This document shows positions 1-11,145 of a stretch of DNA of 64,000 nucleotides, piece after piece. Positions within the stretch are counted from its first letter, which is position 1. Every line of letters begins with the position of its first letter. A program made the translations under genes and the position numbers. The notes beneath the pieces are model-generated. The model saw only the letters and a program-made list of their open reading frames with translations. It searched no databases and was not told the DNA's origin. The stretch comes from Catajapyx aquilonaris (lineage: Eukaryota): positions 1-64,000 of the forward strand of contig JYFJ02000293.1 of assembly GCA_000934665.2 (NCBI GenBank), read 5' to 3'.

Positions 1-259
1 CAAAAATAACAAATATTAAGCACACCTCCGAATACCATGTTTAAGTTGGCAAGTGTGAAAATGGCGCCTGCGCACAAGAACTTGCAGCCGGCAATAGCCC
101 ATATTAAATCGAGTTTAAAACGCAGATTCGAATGGAATGCATAGGATTGAACAGCGTTTACTGCTGCATCGGTCGCGTATGTTTCCCTGATTTTAGCCCT
201 TCTTATTAACATTCCAATTCTAGACTCTCATTTGATTAGCAAGTCGCTTCATTTCCACC

Positions 260-382
260 TTAATGGAATTTCTCTTGCTGTAACTTGGCAATTGCTCATG
301 TCCGAGGTATTGTTGAATTCTACAACACTGTTTCAATGTTTTAAGTGCAATGGCCAAGTTACAGCAAGAGAAATTCCATTAA
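260..382. mobile_element. small MITE-like inverted repeat
   Basis: About 36-bp arms TTAATGGAATTTCTCTTGCTGTAACTTGGC.. (260-295) and ..GCCAAGTTACAGCAAGAGAAATTCCATTAA (347-382); TTAA at both ends. Confidence 0.7.
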
Positions 383-1673
383 AATTTTCTGATGATTAAA
401 CTTCAGGTCGACCTGGAAAAACAAAGTTAGTGGTTTAGGTTGAAGAAGTTGAGAATGCCAGTAATTGACAACGACGTTGAACTTGGCCGTATTTCAGATC
501 TCACCACTTTTTACGGCCAAGCAGTCAGGAGAACTTGGCCTTTTTTTACAGAAATGTTTTTGGTTGTCTCTTTATTTTCTTAATTTGTACCTAGATTATA
601 CTATCATATTATGCTTTTTAGTTTCGAAGCTACTAATCGAACCACTGTCACTAGTGCAAATAAATGATGCATGATTCATGAACTCGGAAGGACCAAATAA
701 TATTATGTACACTGCAGAGTGCAAATTCGTATTACAATAAATGCAAACTATACCATCAATCTCGAGTCTCAACTGCAAACGCAGCTCACGAAATAATAGC
801 TTTTCTGCTCTGCCATTGCAAGGTACAGACCCAGAATATACACTGAGAGGATGGAAATACTCATGAAGTTGAAATAATTCTACTGTATTTGTATTGGAAA
901 AACACTTTATAGCTTACATCTAAGCTATGATTTACAATGAATATTCATTTGGGAATGGCCAATTGAAAATATTGGCATCGGATTAATATAAATAATTAAT
1001 ACGAACTTGTCACCAGTGTAGCTCAATAATCTCATTTCCTATTCCATTAATAAGCTGGAAAGAAAATGGGAAGACTACGAGGTTTGAATGAAAGGTGATA
1101 TTCTTTATTTCATATTATTTTTGCGATGTGCAGTGCAATACAAGAGCAATTGTACTGATATAAAGTTACATTTATGCTTTAAAAGATCATGGCTCATTTT
1201 TGTGCTTGGCAGGGTTTTACATGTAACTTATGCCGCATTGAGTAATTGACACATAATTATAAACTGATATGAAACAAGTAATAATACAGAGGTTTGAACA
1301 ATGCAAGAATATTAAGTTTTACGCACATTTAATAGGCATTGAAATCTATTCCATTAAAACAATCAGTTAATCTGAATGAATAAACGACGTGATTAATCTT
1401 GATCAATTTATTAAGAGTATGAATTACAGCCGCCAAGTACTGGGCATGATTTCGAAGGGTTATATTGCTAATTCATCAGTAATATGCATGAAATAATTAT
1501 GCAATTAACTCCGATAGAGATTAATATTCTTTTGTCAGGAACATTTAGAACAATAACAACAGCAGAATGAGGGTCAGGAACAGAAGTGTAAACATTAGCG
1601 GCCTTTAACAGCGAGCCACAATGAATTATGGGCGCATGTATTATGAGATGTTTCAACAGATGGAAATGTTACT

Positions 1674-3675
1674 TCAGTTTGCACACACACAGAGGATGTG
1701 CTCAGAAGCAAAACCTAAAAGAGAAATGGTCAAACCGACTAACCATAGGTTAAAGATGGCTGCAAGTTTTCCAAGGGTCAAGACGTCGTCTTCATGAGGA
1801 GACTTTTTGGCCTCCTGCGCTCTGATGTAATCTAATGACTGGAGAAATTGCATGTACATGTAATGCTCTTGGATCTTGAATGGCAAGGCTGTTTCCACTA
1901 TTAATCGAAGAAATCTTTGTACGAAGTAATGGGTCGCAGTGTTTGCACGGGTAAGACCAGAGGAAACATACGTCGGAAAGATCAGCTCCTCAGAGACCAG
2001 GATGGTTGGTGACCCAGTGGCCGTGTCTCTGAAGCGATACATTTCTCGAATCAGTAACAAGTCGATTCCAGCACAAGCTAGGTGCTCTTTCAAGGCCCTG
2101 TCCAGGCAACGTTGGACGCTGCCTCCCAACTTCATGGACTCAGTGAACTTGCTGTGCTTTGGGTTGTCCTGAAGCGAAACGTATTTTTGCAATATGAAGA
2201 ATTCCATTTGGTCAGCCTCGATCTTCCAGCCGGACTCGACCAGTTCTCGGAAATCGACAGGGACGAATTCCCTGGGAGGGTAGGTCAGGAAGGCGAATAA
2301 CTTGGCCTTGTATCCGGTGATGACCACCATTGAGAAGAAGAGGAAAGAAGAGGCCAGCACCAGGAAGTGACCCGCTTTCGGAAATGGCCTGGGCTGCTCG
2401 ATCAGGGCTCTCAATAAAATGTTGAATGATGTCAACAGCTTCTTTCTGTTGCTAAGTGATTGAGTTTGAGGTGCAAAACGTGACAACATGAATGCAGAAG
2501 CCCATAAAAACATTAGTGCGACGATAAATGTTACCCAAAAAGTGGGTGAGTACGGCCTGTACAACACTTTCCAGGTGACCTCACCTCCGGGCTTCCTCGT
2601 CAAAAAAGAACCATGAGCATAAATATGAGGTCTATTAAAGAGAAAATGCCTCATAGTTTCCTCGGAAAGAAATACAAAAAATGCTCCATCTATTTTGCCA
2701 GAGATCAGATCCCCGGTTAGTCTTACCCACGTTCCGTTTGAAAGAAGATGATCCAAATCTGCACTAGTAACCTCTCTCAGATGATACGTCACATGTGCAT
2801 TTAGTGATTTTTCTAGTAGAAGGAAAGCGCGTTCTATGTCTGTCAAATGCATTTCACCCAGGGTCTTTGCCCTCATCCTCACGTCTTCCATATCAACTTC
2901 GATGTGGTAATTACCCACCCGAAAGGTTTTATTGCTCATCCAGTTAGGCTCGTTAGGTCGAAAAACCGTGGTGTCGGCTGAAGTGTCCGAGAGGAATGAT
3001 TTCAGTTTGTCCTTGGTGTCCGCAAAAGAAGCAAACAGTGTCCATCCGAAGCTTGTCCGATTCCATCACTGTAGACACTTTGAGCCAGAGTGCACTTGCA
3101 GGAGGTGATTTCAACAACTGGTGAACTTTCTCTGTGCCTTTCGATTGGAAATGGATCAGGAACCGATCGTATGCAGGCCCCAACTTGACCATTGTGGCTG
3201 TGTACATGAGAAGCTGTGCAAACGAAGAGGGTTTTGAAGGCACGAGAAGGTGAAAGGTGCAGGGCAGTCCTGACCACGCCCTGGACATGATGTCCGGAGG
3301 GACAGTCCGAAAGTCCAGCATTTCCTTCTGACTTTTCACCCAGGGGAAGTCACGAAATGTGTATGGGAAAGTGGTCATCCGGAGATTGAATGAGGTCAGG
3401 TACTTGTCCCATTGTGACGAGAGGAGACCCCAAATGTCCTGTCCCAATCGTGTCTTGTCTGTGGACAGGACGAGCCCGCACTGTCTGAGGTCATCTCTTT
3501 CAGTCAGAAGAGTCTGAACCAGAAGAGAGACCAGGTTGTCTTCTTCCGTATTCACTGCAAGTGAAATGTTCCCAACTTGTCTAGGGTTCCCAACTCCATT
3601 CTTCGCTCGTCCTGACCTTGCGTCACCTCCAAATGTCACAAAAACCACGGAGAACCAAACGAGTGCTTGCAACAT
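1674..3675 (-). pseudogene. divergent ionotropic receptor (IR) copy 1, frameshifted
   Basis: ORFs 2953-3768 and 1674-2939 are the two halves of a protein close to copies 2 and 3; a 14-bp deletion at ~2965 breaks the frame; shared signal-peptide ATG at 3675. Confidence 0.85.
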
Positions 3676-4617
3676 GGCTAAGGCATATGTCATAAGTGAA
3701 TATGAACAGTACATATAAGCATATGCATTATAAATTAGGCTACGTAGGAGTGTTCCTATATATGGCATAGTATGATTTCAATCCGAACTGCGCACCTACA
3801 GCCAATGGAGATTGGATAGTAATCGCAGCAACAGGCTTGCACACTTGTCCAGTTCTCACGAGAAGACTAAGGCGGAAAGATAGTGTCTAATCTATACGCC
3901 TCAACTGGGGTTTCCCTCTGAGCACATTCTGTCATCGTACTGAGTAGTAATGAGCCATTAGTAAATGCAATTAGTGTGAAACAAGAATAATAAAGCGTTA
4001 ATATTGTTTCTTCTTCTCCTTTCTTATAATCCTACTACAGCTGCAGGTTGTTATGTTTGATACGATATAATTACGTACTACAGACTGTACCTCCTGTCGC
4101 ATAGCCCAAAATCAGTTATTCTAACACAGGCAGTCAATACCAATAACAGCACAGGTGCAAATCTCACTCGTTTCTAATTTAAATTTTTTTAGAACTGAAC
4201 CGAGATGAGTTAAAATTTGTAATGCGTCCAATTAACATAATATAATTACCCAGTTTTAGTGTGTTAATTTATTATTGAGAAGAGGGGAATATTGGTCGAA
4301 CCTATGGCTGTATATCAAAAACTGTAAACATATCGTGGAATTTTCGTCCCACTGCTATACTAGTTGTTGCTAGCAGTACTACCAATGTTGGCAATGGTAA
4401 GTCTAAGTTAGCAGTGTCTATAGCAGTGCCGCAGTGGGACTGTCACAGTTCCATGTGACAGAGTGGGAACGGTGCCATCTTGTCCAAAAAACCGATCTTT
4501 CCTAGGCAGCTCCTTTTCATCAAGAGCAAGACAGTGTAATCACGCAGTAATTATTGTGTCGAGCGCGGAAGGACTATAGGTAATGATGGTATTTATTTTG
4601 GTATTGTGAAGTTGAGT

Positions 4618-4690
4618 GCACCTAAAAAAGCAATAAAAATCACGGAGCACCAAACGAGTGCTTGCAACATGGCTACATGGCCTCTTACCT
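4618..4690 (-). pseudogene. 5' remnant (signal peptide only) of a fourth IR copy
   Basis: ATG 4670 reads MLQALVWCSVIFIAFLG versus MLQALVWFSVVLVAFGG in copy 3; homology ends abruptly at ~4618. Confidence 0.75.
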
Positions 4691-5901
4691 TTAGTATAGC
4701 CTTTATGCCCTTGACCACAAATCTCCTACTCGCTAAACACAATGGTGATATTTATAGCAGTCTTTTAGAGTAGAAGTAATCATCTGTTAGCAACAATATA
4801 ATTATAATATTCGGTCTCATGTACTATGGAACTAACACATTTTGCCCGACCAGCTTTTAACACCGCATCACACCCTATGTGATGGACAATATGCCATGCC
4901 TAACTCGTTTCCCGCCAACATTGGATCTTGCGGGTTTTGCTTTGCCGCTCCTTTAGCCTATCACATGAGAATCCAAAACACCACGTATGCTGTGTGCATG
5001 GACACAGTCGAAACTTTGTAAACGTGACAACACTGAGGATTTACATTGTTTGACGATTGTTTGAAGAGATTTGGAGGATACTGTGTGCACGGTTGGAGGA
5101 ATGTTTCAACATAAGCTGTGCATTACATCCCAATTGCACTGAGATTGTGAGAAAAAAGGATATATTCATCTCTCAGCTAAGTGGTACAGTCAATTGATAT
5201 ACTGTCTACACGTCATGTATCTCTATGCATGGGGTTGAACTTGACAGCTATAGAGAAGATTATGCCAAATCTAACTGAAGTCACTAGATATCGCTTCAAA
5301 TCTGTTCAAATCAGTGCACAGGATATAATCTGTCTCTAAGTCCCGCTGTGCATTTCAACATATAGAAGAATTTCATTATAAAAAATGTTATCCTATGCCA
5401 TTGAGATATCTTAGACAAATCTTGACTAGCAATAATTTTTGAAGATAGTCGAAATGAACCTATTTTCTGTTTTTTTTTTCCTTTTTTGCACCCAAATTTT
5501 AAAATACATGAAATTTGACAATCTGCACACACTAATGCTAACAACTGACAACAACTTAACAAAAGATGTAATTCCCGTTATTTTGGGTTCAAGTATAGTA
5601 AGTATTTACAGTTTGTATCTTTGAAAAGCAACTAGCAATTTATGACAAGAAATAATGAACGTGATGATTTGATAAATGCATTACAAAAATTTGACATGAA
5701 TTTTGAAATTAGAGATGGAATTGGTTTTGCCACAAATTTCAGGTACGATTCCCGTATGTAATTACTCCTGACATGTTACTGCCCCCAAGTTCCCGTTTCC
5801 CTATATTCCGCAATATCCCAATTGTTTTAACATTGTTGCTTGCATTGTTTGAATTGTTGTTTGAAATAAAATGAGTATTTGCCACATGCTTTCATTCCCA
5901 T

Positions 5902-5964
5902 TGTCATCCTGATAGTATTATGTTTAGCCCAAATTTGGCAAAACATAATACTATCAGGATGACA
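5902..5964. repeat. perfect 24-bp hairpin
   Basis: TGTCATCCTGATAGTATTATGTTT and its reverse complement separated by a 15-nt loop. Confidence 0.8.
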
Positions 5965-6706
5965 CTTGGACGATGTACCCAGCATGAATGGTGTTTTGGT
6001 GTTAGGGTCGATAGCCTGTGAAGTCTTCCCATTTCCTGTTCCATTAATAAGCTGGAAAGAAAATGGGAAGACTACGAGGTTTGAATGAAAGGTGGTAAAT
6101 GATGTGCATAGGCGTGTGATATTGTTTATTTCATATTATTTTTGCGATGTGCAGTGCAATACAAGAGCAATCGTACTGATATAAATTTATATTTATGCTT
6201 AAAAAATCATGGCGCATTTTTGTGCTTGGCCGAGTTTTACATGTTACTTATGCATTGAGTAATTGACACATAATTATAAACTGATATGAAACAAGTAATA
6301 ATACAGAGGTTTGAACAATATTAACAATATTAAGTTTTACGCACATTAAATAAGCATTGAAATCTATTCCATTAAAACAGTCAGTTAATCTGAATGAATA
6401 AACGACGTGATTAATCTTGATCAATTTATTAAGAGTATGAATTACAGCCGCCAAGTACTGGGCATGATTTCGAAGGGTTATATTGCTAATTCATCAGTAA
6501 TCTGCATGAAATAATAATATTATGTAATTCACTCCGATAGAGATTAATATTCTTTTGTCAGGAACATTTAGAACAATAACAACAGCAGAATGAGGGTCAG
6601 GAGCAGCAGTGTAAACATTAGGAACAGCAGCCTTTTAGTCACAGCGAGCCACAATGAATTATGGGCGCATGTATTACGAGATGTTTCAACAGATGGAAAT
6701 GTTACT

Positions 6707-8704
6707 TCAGTTTGCACACACACAGAGGATGTGCTCAGAAGCAAAACCTAAAAGAGAAATGGTCAAACCGACTAACCATAGGTTAAAGATGGCTGCAAGT
6801 TTTCCAAGGGTCAAGACGTCGTCTTCATGAGGAGACTTTTTGGCCTCCTGCGCTCTGATGTAATCTAATGACTGAAGAAATTGCATGTACATGTAATGCT
6901 CTTGGATCTTGAATGGCAGGGCTGTTTCCACTGCTAATCGAAGAAATCTTTGTACGAAGTAATGGGTCGCACTGTTTGCACGGGTAAGACCTCCGGAAAC
7001 ATACGTCGGAAAAATGATCTCTTCAGATATCAGGATGGTTGGTGACCCAGTGGACGTGTCTCTGAAGCGATACATTTCTCGAATCAGGAACAGGTCGATT
7101 CCAGCACAAGCTAGGTGCTCTTTCATGGCCCTGTCCAGACAACGCTGTACGCTGCCTCCCAACTGCATGGACTCAGTGAACTTGCTGTGCTGTGGGTTGT
7201 CCTGAAGCGAACCGTATTTTTGCAATATGAAGAAATCCAGTTGGTCAGCCTCGATCTTCCAGCCGGACTCGACCAGTTCTCGGAAATCGACAGGGACGAA
7301 TTCCCTGGGAGGGTAGGTCAGGAAGGCGAATAACTTGTCCTTGTATCCGGTGATGACCACCATTGAGAAGAAGAAGAAAGAAGAGGCCAGCACCAGGAAG
7401 TGACCAGCTTTGGGAAATGGCCTGGGCTGCTCGATCAGGGCTCTCAATAAAATGTTGAATGATGCCAACAGCTGCTTTCTGTCGGTAAGTGATTGACTTT
7501 GAGGTGAAAAACGTGACAACGCGAATGTAGATGCACATAAAAACATTAGTGCGACGATAAACGTTACCCAAAACGTTGGTGAGTACGGCCTGTACAGCAC
7601 TTTCCAAGTGACCTCACCTCCGGGCTTCCTCGTCAAAAAAGAGCCATGAGCATAAAAATGAGGTCTATTAAACAGAAAGTGCCTCATAGTTTCCTCGGAA
7701 AGAAATACAAAAAATGCTCCATCTATTTTGCCAGAGATCAGATCCCCGGTTAGTCCTACCCACGTTCCGTTTGAAAGTAGATGATCCAAATCTGCACTAG
7801 TAACCTCTCTCAGATGATATGTCACATGTGCATTTAGTGATTTTTCTAGTAGAAGGAAAGCACGTTCCATGTCCGTCAAATGCATTTCACCGAGAGTCTT
7901 TGCTCTCATCCTCACGTCTTCCATATCAACATTGATGTGGTAATTACCCACCCGAAATGTTTGATTGTTCATCCTGTTGGGCTCGTTATGTCGAAAAATA
8001 GGCGCAAGAAAACCGTGGTGTTGGCTGAAGTCTCCGAGAGGAATGAGTTCAGTTTGTCCTTGGTGTCCGCAAAAGAAGCAAACAGTGTCCATCCGAAGCT
8101 TGTCCGATTCCATCACTGTAGACACTTTGAGCCAGAGTGCACTTGCAGGAGGTGATTTCAACAACTGGTGAACCTTCTCTGTGCTTTTCGATTGGAAATG
8201 GATCAGGAACCGATCGTATGCAGGCGCCAACTTGACCATTGTGGCTGTGTATATGAGAAGCTGTGCAAACGAAGAGGGTTTCGATGGCAACAGAAGGTGA
8301 AAGGTGCAGGGCAGTCCGGACCACGCCCTGGACATGATGTCCGGAGGGACAGTCCGAAAGTCCAGCATTTCCTTCTGGCTTTTCACCCAGGGGAAGTCCC
8401 GAAATGTGTATGGGAAAGTGGTCATCCGGAGATTGAATGAGGTCAGGTACTTGTCCCATTGTGACGAGAAGAGACCCCAAATGTCCTGTCCCAATCGCGT
8501 CTTGTCTGTGGACAGGACGAGCCCGCACTGTCTGAGGTCATCTCTTTCAGTCAGAAGAGTCCTGACCAGCAGAGAGACCAGTTTGTCTTCTTCCTGATTC
8601 CCTACAAGTGATATGTTCCCAACTCCATTCTTCGCTCGTCCTGACCTTGCGTCACCTCCAAATGTCACAAAAACCACGGAGAACCAAGCGAGTACTTGCA
8701 ACAT
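6707..8704 (-). CDS. divergent ionotropic receptor (IR) copy 2, intronless, 665 aa
   Basis: Signal peptide MLQVLAWFSVVFVTFG; S1 GTWVGLTGDL; M1 PYSPTFWVTF; pore LLRALIEQP; SYTANLAAF-equivalent GYKDKLFAFLTYP; last TM LTLGKLAAIFNLWLVGLTISLLGFASE; ATG chosen because it is shared by all copies. Confidence 0.88.
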   Translation of the reverse strand: MLQVLAWFSVVFVTFGGDARSGRAKNGVGNISLVGNQEEDKLVSLLVRTLLTERDDLRQCGLVLSTDKTRLGQDIWGLFSSQWDKYLTSFNLRMTTFPYTFRDFPWVKSQKEMLDFRTVPPDIMSRAWSGLPCTFHLLLPSKPSSFAQLLIYTATMVKLAPAYDRFLIHFQSKSTEKVHQLLKSPPASALWLKVSTVMESDKLRMDTVCFFCGHQGQTELIPLGDFSQHHGFLAPIFRHNEPNRMNNQTFRVGNYHINVDMEDVRMRAKTLGEMHLTDMERAFLLLEKSLNAHVTYHLREVTSADLDHLLSNGTWVGLTGDLISGKIDGAFFVFLSEETMRHFLFNRPHFYAHGSFLTRKPGGEVTWKVLYRPYSPTFWVTFIVALMFLCASTFALSRFSPQSQSLTDRKQLLASFNILLRALIEQPRPFPKAGHFLVLASSFFFFSMVVITGYKDKLFAFLTYPPREFVPVDFRELVESGWKIEADQLDFFILQKYGSLQDNPQHSKFTESMQLGGSVQRCLDRAMKEHLACAGIDLFLIREMYRFRDTSTGSPTILISEEIIFPTYVSGGLTRANSATHYFVQRFLRLAVETALPFKIQEHYMYMQFLQSLDYIRAQEAKKSPHEDDVLTLGKLAAIFNLWLVGLTISLLGFASEHILCVCAN

Positions 8705-11145
8705 GGCTATGGCATCTGTCATAAGTGAATATGCACAGTACATATAAGCATATGCATTATAAATTAGGCTACGTAGGAGTGTTCCTATATGGCATAGTAT
8801 GATTTCAATCCGAACTGCGCACCTAACCAATAGAGATTGGATAGTAAAATGGAAGCAACAGGCCGGCTTGCGCAGTTCTCACGAGAAGACTAGGGAGGAA
8901 GAGATAGTGTCTAATCTATACGCCTCAACTGGGGTTTTCCGATGAGCACATTCTGTCATTGTACTGAGTAGTAATGAGCCATAAGGAAATGCAATTAGTG
9001 TGAAACAAGAATAATAAAAGTGTGAATCGTTTCTTCTTCTCCTTTCTTATAATCCTATCCGACATTTAATTCCAGCCATCTTAAGTTCAGCCATACCAGT
9101 GCATGTATGGAGGCATGACACCTCTCTCCTTCTGAAGTGTCTACCCTTGACCTTCTCTCCAAATCTTGCAAATTACACCCAACTTACATATTTAATTGGG
9201 TATATCCACAGCGAGCCGCTGTCAGACCAAGTGTGCAGTTATATCTTTAATTATTCACAAAGTTGGAGGCACTACCGCTACTTGTTGTTATACGTATGTT
9301 TGATACGGTATACGTACTATACACGCTGTACCTGTCGCATATAGCCCAAAATCAGTTATTGCAACATAGGCAACAGCACATGTGAAAATCTCACTCGTAT
9401 CTAATTTAATTTTTTTAGAAAATTAAAACAACCATAGACTTTAAGTTACGATATCTTTGTCACCGAGATTAGTTAAAATATGTGGCCTAAATAAAATGCG
9501 TCCTATTAGCATAATATAATTACCAAGTTTTATTGTGTTAATTATTGTGAAGAGGGGAATAATGGTCGAACCTGGCTGTAAATCAAAAGCTGTAAACATA
9601 TAATATGGATTTTTCGTCCCACTGCTACTAGTTGTTGCTAATGTAGGCAATGGTAAGTCTATAAGTTAGCAGTGTCTAGCAGTGGGCCTGTCACGTGACA
9701 AAGTGGGAACGGTGCCATCTCGTCCAAAAAAAAAAAAAACGATCTTCCCTAGGCAGCTCCTTTTCATCAAGAACAAGACAGTGTAATCACGCCGTAATTA
9801 TTGTTTCGAGCGTGGAAGGAATCTAGGTAATGATATCGTATTTATTTTGGTATTGTGAAGTTGAGTGAACAATACGACATGCCCCATAATTATTATTATG
9901 CTTTCTGAAATTTCTTTGTTGTGGACTAGTATTGGAGGGATTGATGTCCTGCCTATTTCTTTTTCTTCCCTTGTTTAAGTCATACAGTGTCCCCAACGGA
10001 CAGGGAGATCAGGCTAACATGGCCATACTTAAATCTGAGACTGAACCCGATTGAACCTGAAGAAAGGCTGGGGACAAGTTCAATTCTGGAATATTTAAGT
10101 CGATGTTAGACAGATATTGTGCAATATTTATTGAGGGGAGAAATCAGAAGTGAAATGCAATAATAATTATTGCATGACTCTGATAATGGGGGAGGTTATG
10201 TAAGTCTGTTTTCGAAACAATAAACCATGTCCTGAATGTCAAGTTCAGCATTATAGTCGATAAACTTGTTTGCGACGAAGGGAGAACTTATCACACAAAA
10301 TCATGGCCTTAATATTGATGAAGACTTACTGCGGAGTATGTCAGGTGGGACCAGGAAGGCGCCTATAGTGATTTTATGTTTTAATAATACTTCATGGAAT
10401 AGTTTCTTTTAGTGGTTTTAAAACATGAGCAGCCAATATTAAGCCATATACATAATTATGTAAGCTTATACAGTAATATAAGCTATATGCTAATTAGATA
10501 TGTCAAATACTGTATTTATAGCTTAGATCGCTAAGCTATATGAATAACAATGAATATCCATTTGGGAATGGCCAATAATTGAAAACACTGGCATCGGATT
10601 AATGTAAATAATTGATAAGAACTTGTCGCCAGTGTAGCTCAATAATAATCATCCTGTTCCAATAATAAAATTCAAGAAGGCTGGAAAGAAAATGGGAAGA
10701 CGGCGAGGTTTGAATGAAACGTTGATTCATGATGTGCAGGCGTGCGATGTTGTTTATTTCATATTATTTATGTGATGTGCAATACAAGAGCAATCGTACT
10801 GACATAAAGTTACATTATTTTATGCTTTAAAAATCAGAATGCATTTTTGTGCTTGGCAGATGGTAAAGTTTTACATAATGCATTGACACAGATACACTTG
10901 AAACAAGTAATAATACAGATGGATATTCTTTTGTCACGAACAACGCGTCACCATTTTATTATTACATATGAATAAGCGGTTTACAATGTATTATTAGAAC
11001 AATAAAAACAATAACACAACTTCAGCAAAAATAAGTGTCAGGAGAAGCAGCAGTAAAAACAATAGAAGCAACAGCCTTTATTCACGGGGAACCACAATGA
11101 ATAATGGGCATCTCTTACGAGATATTTCAACCAATGGAAACGTTA

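Noticed and set aside
8705..8830. N-terminal extensions of the IR ORFs given in the track (also 3676-3768 and 13141-13194)
   Set aside because: Not shared among copies; the common MLQ signal-peptide ATG is the better start
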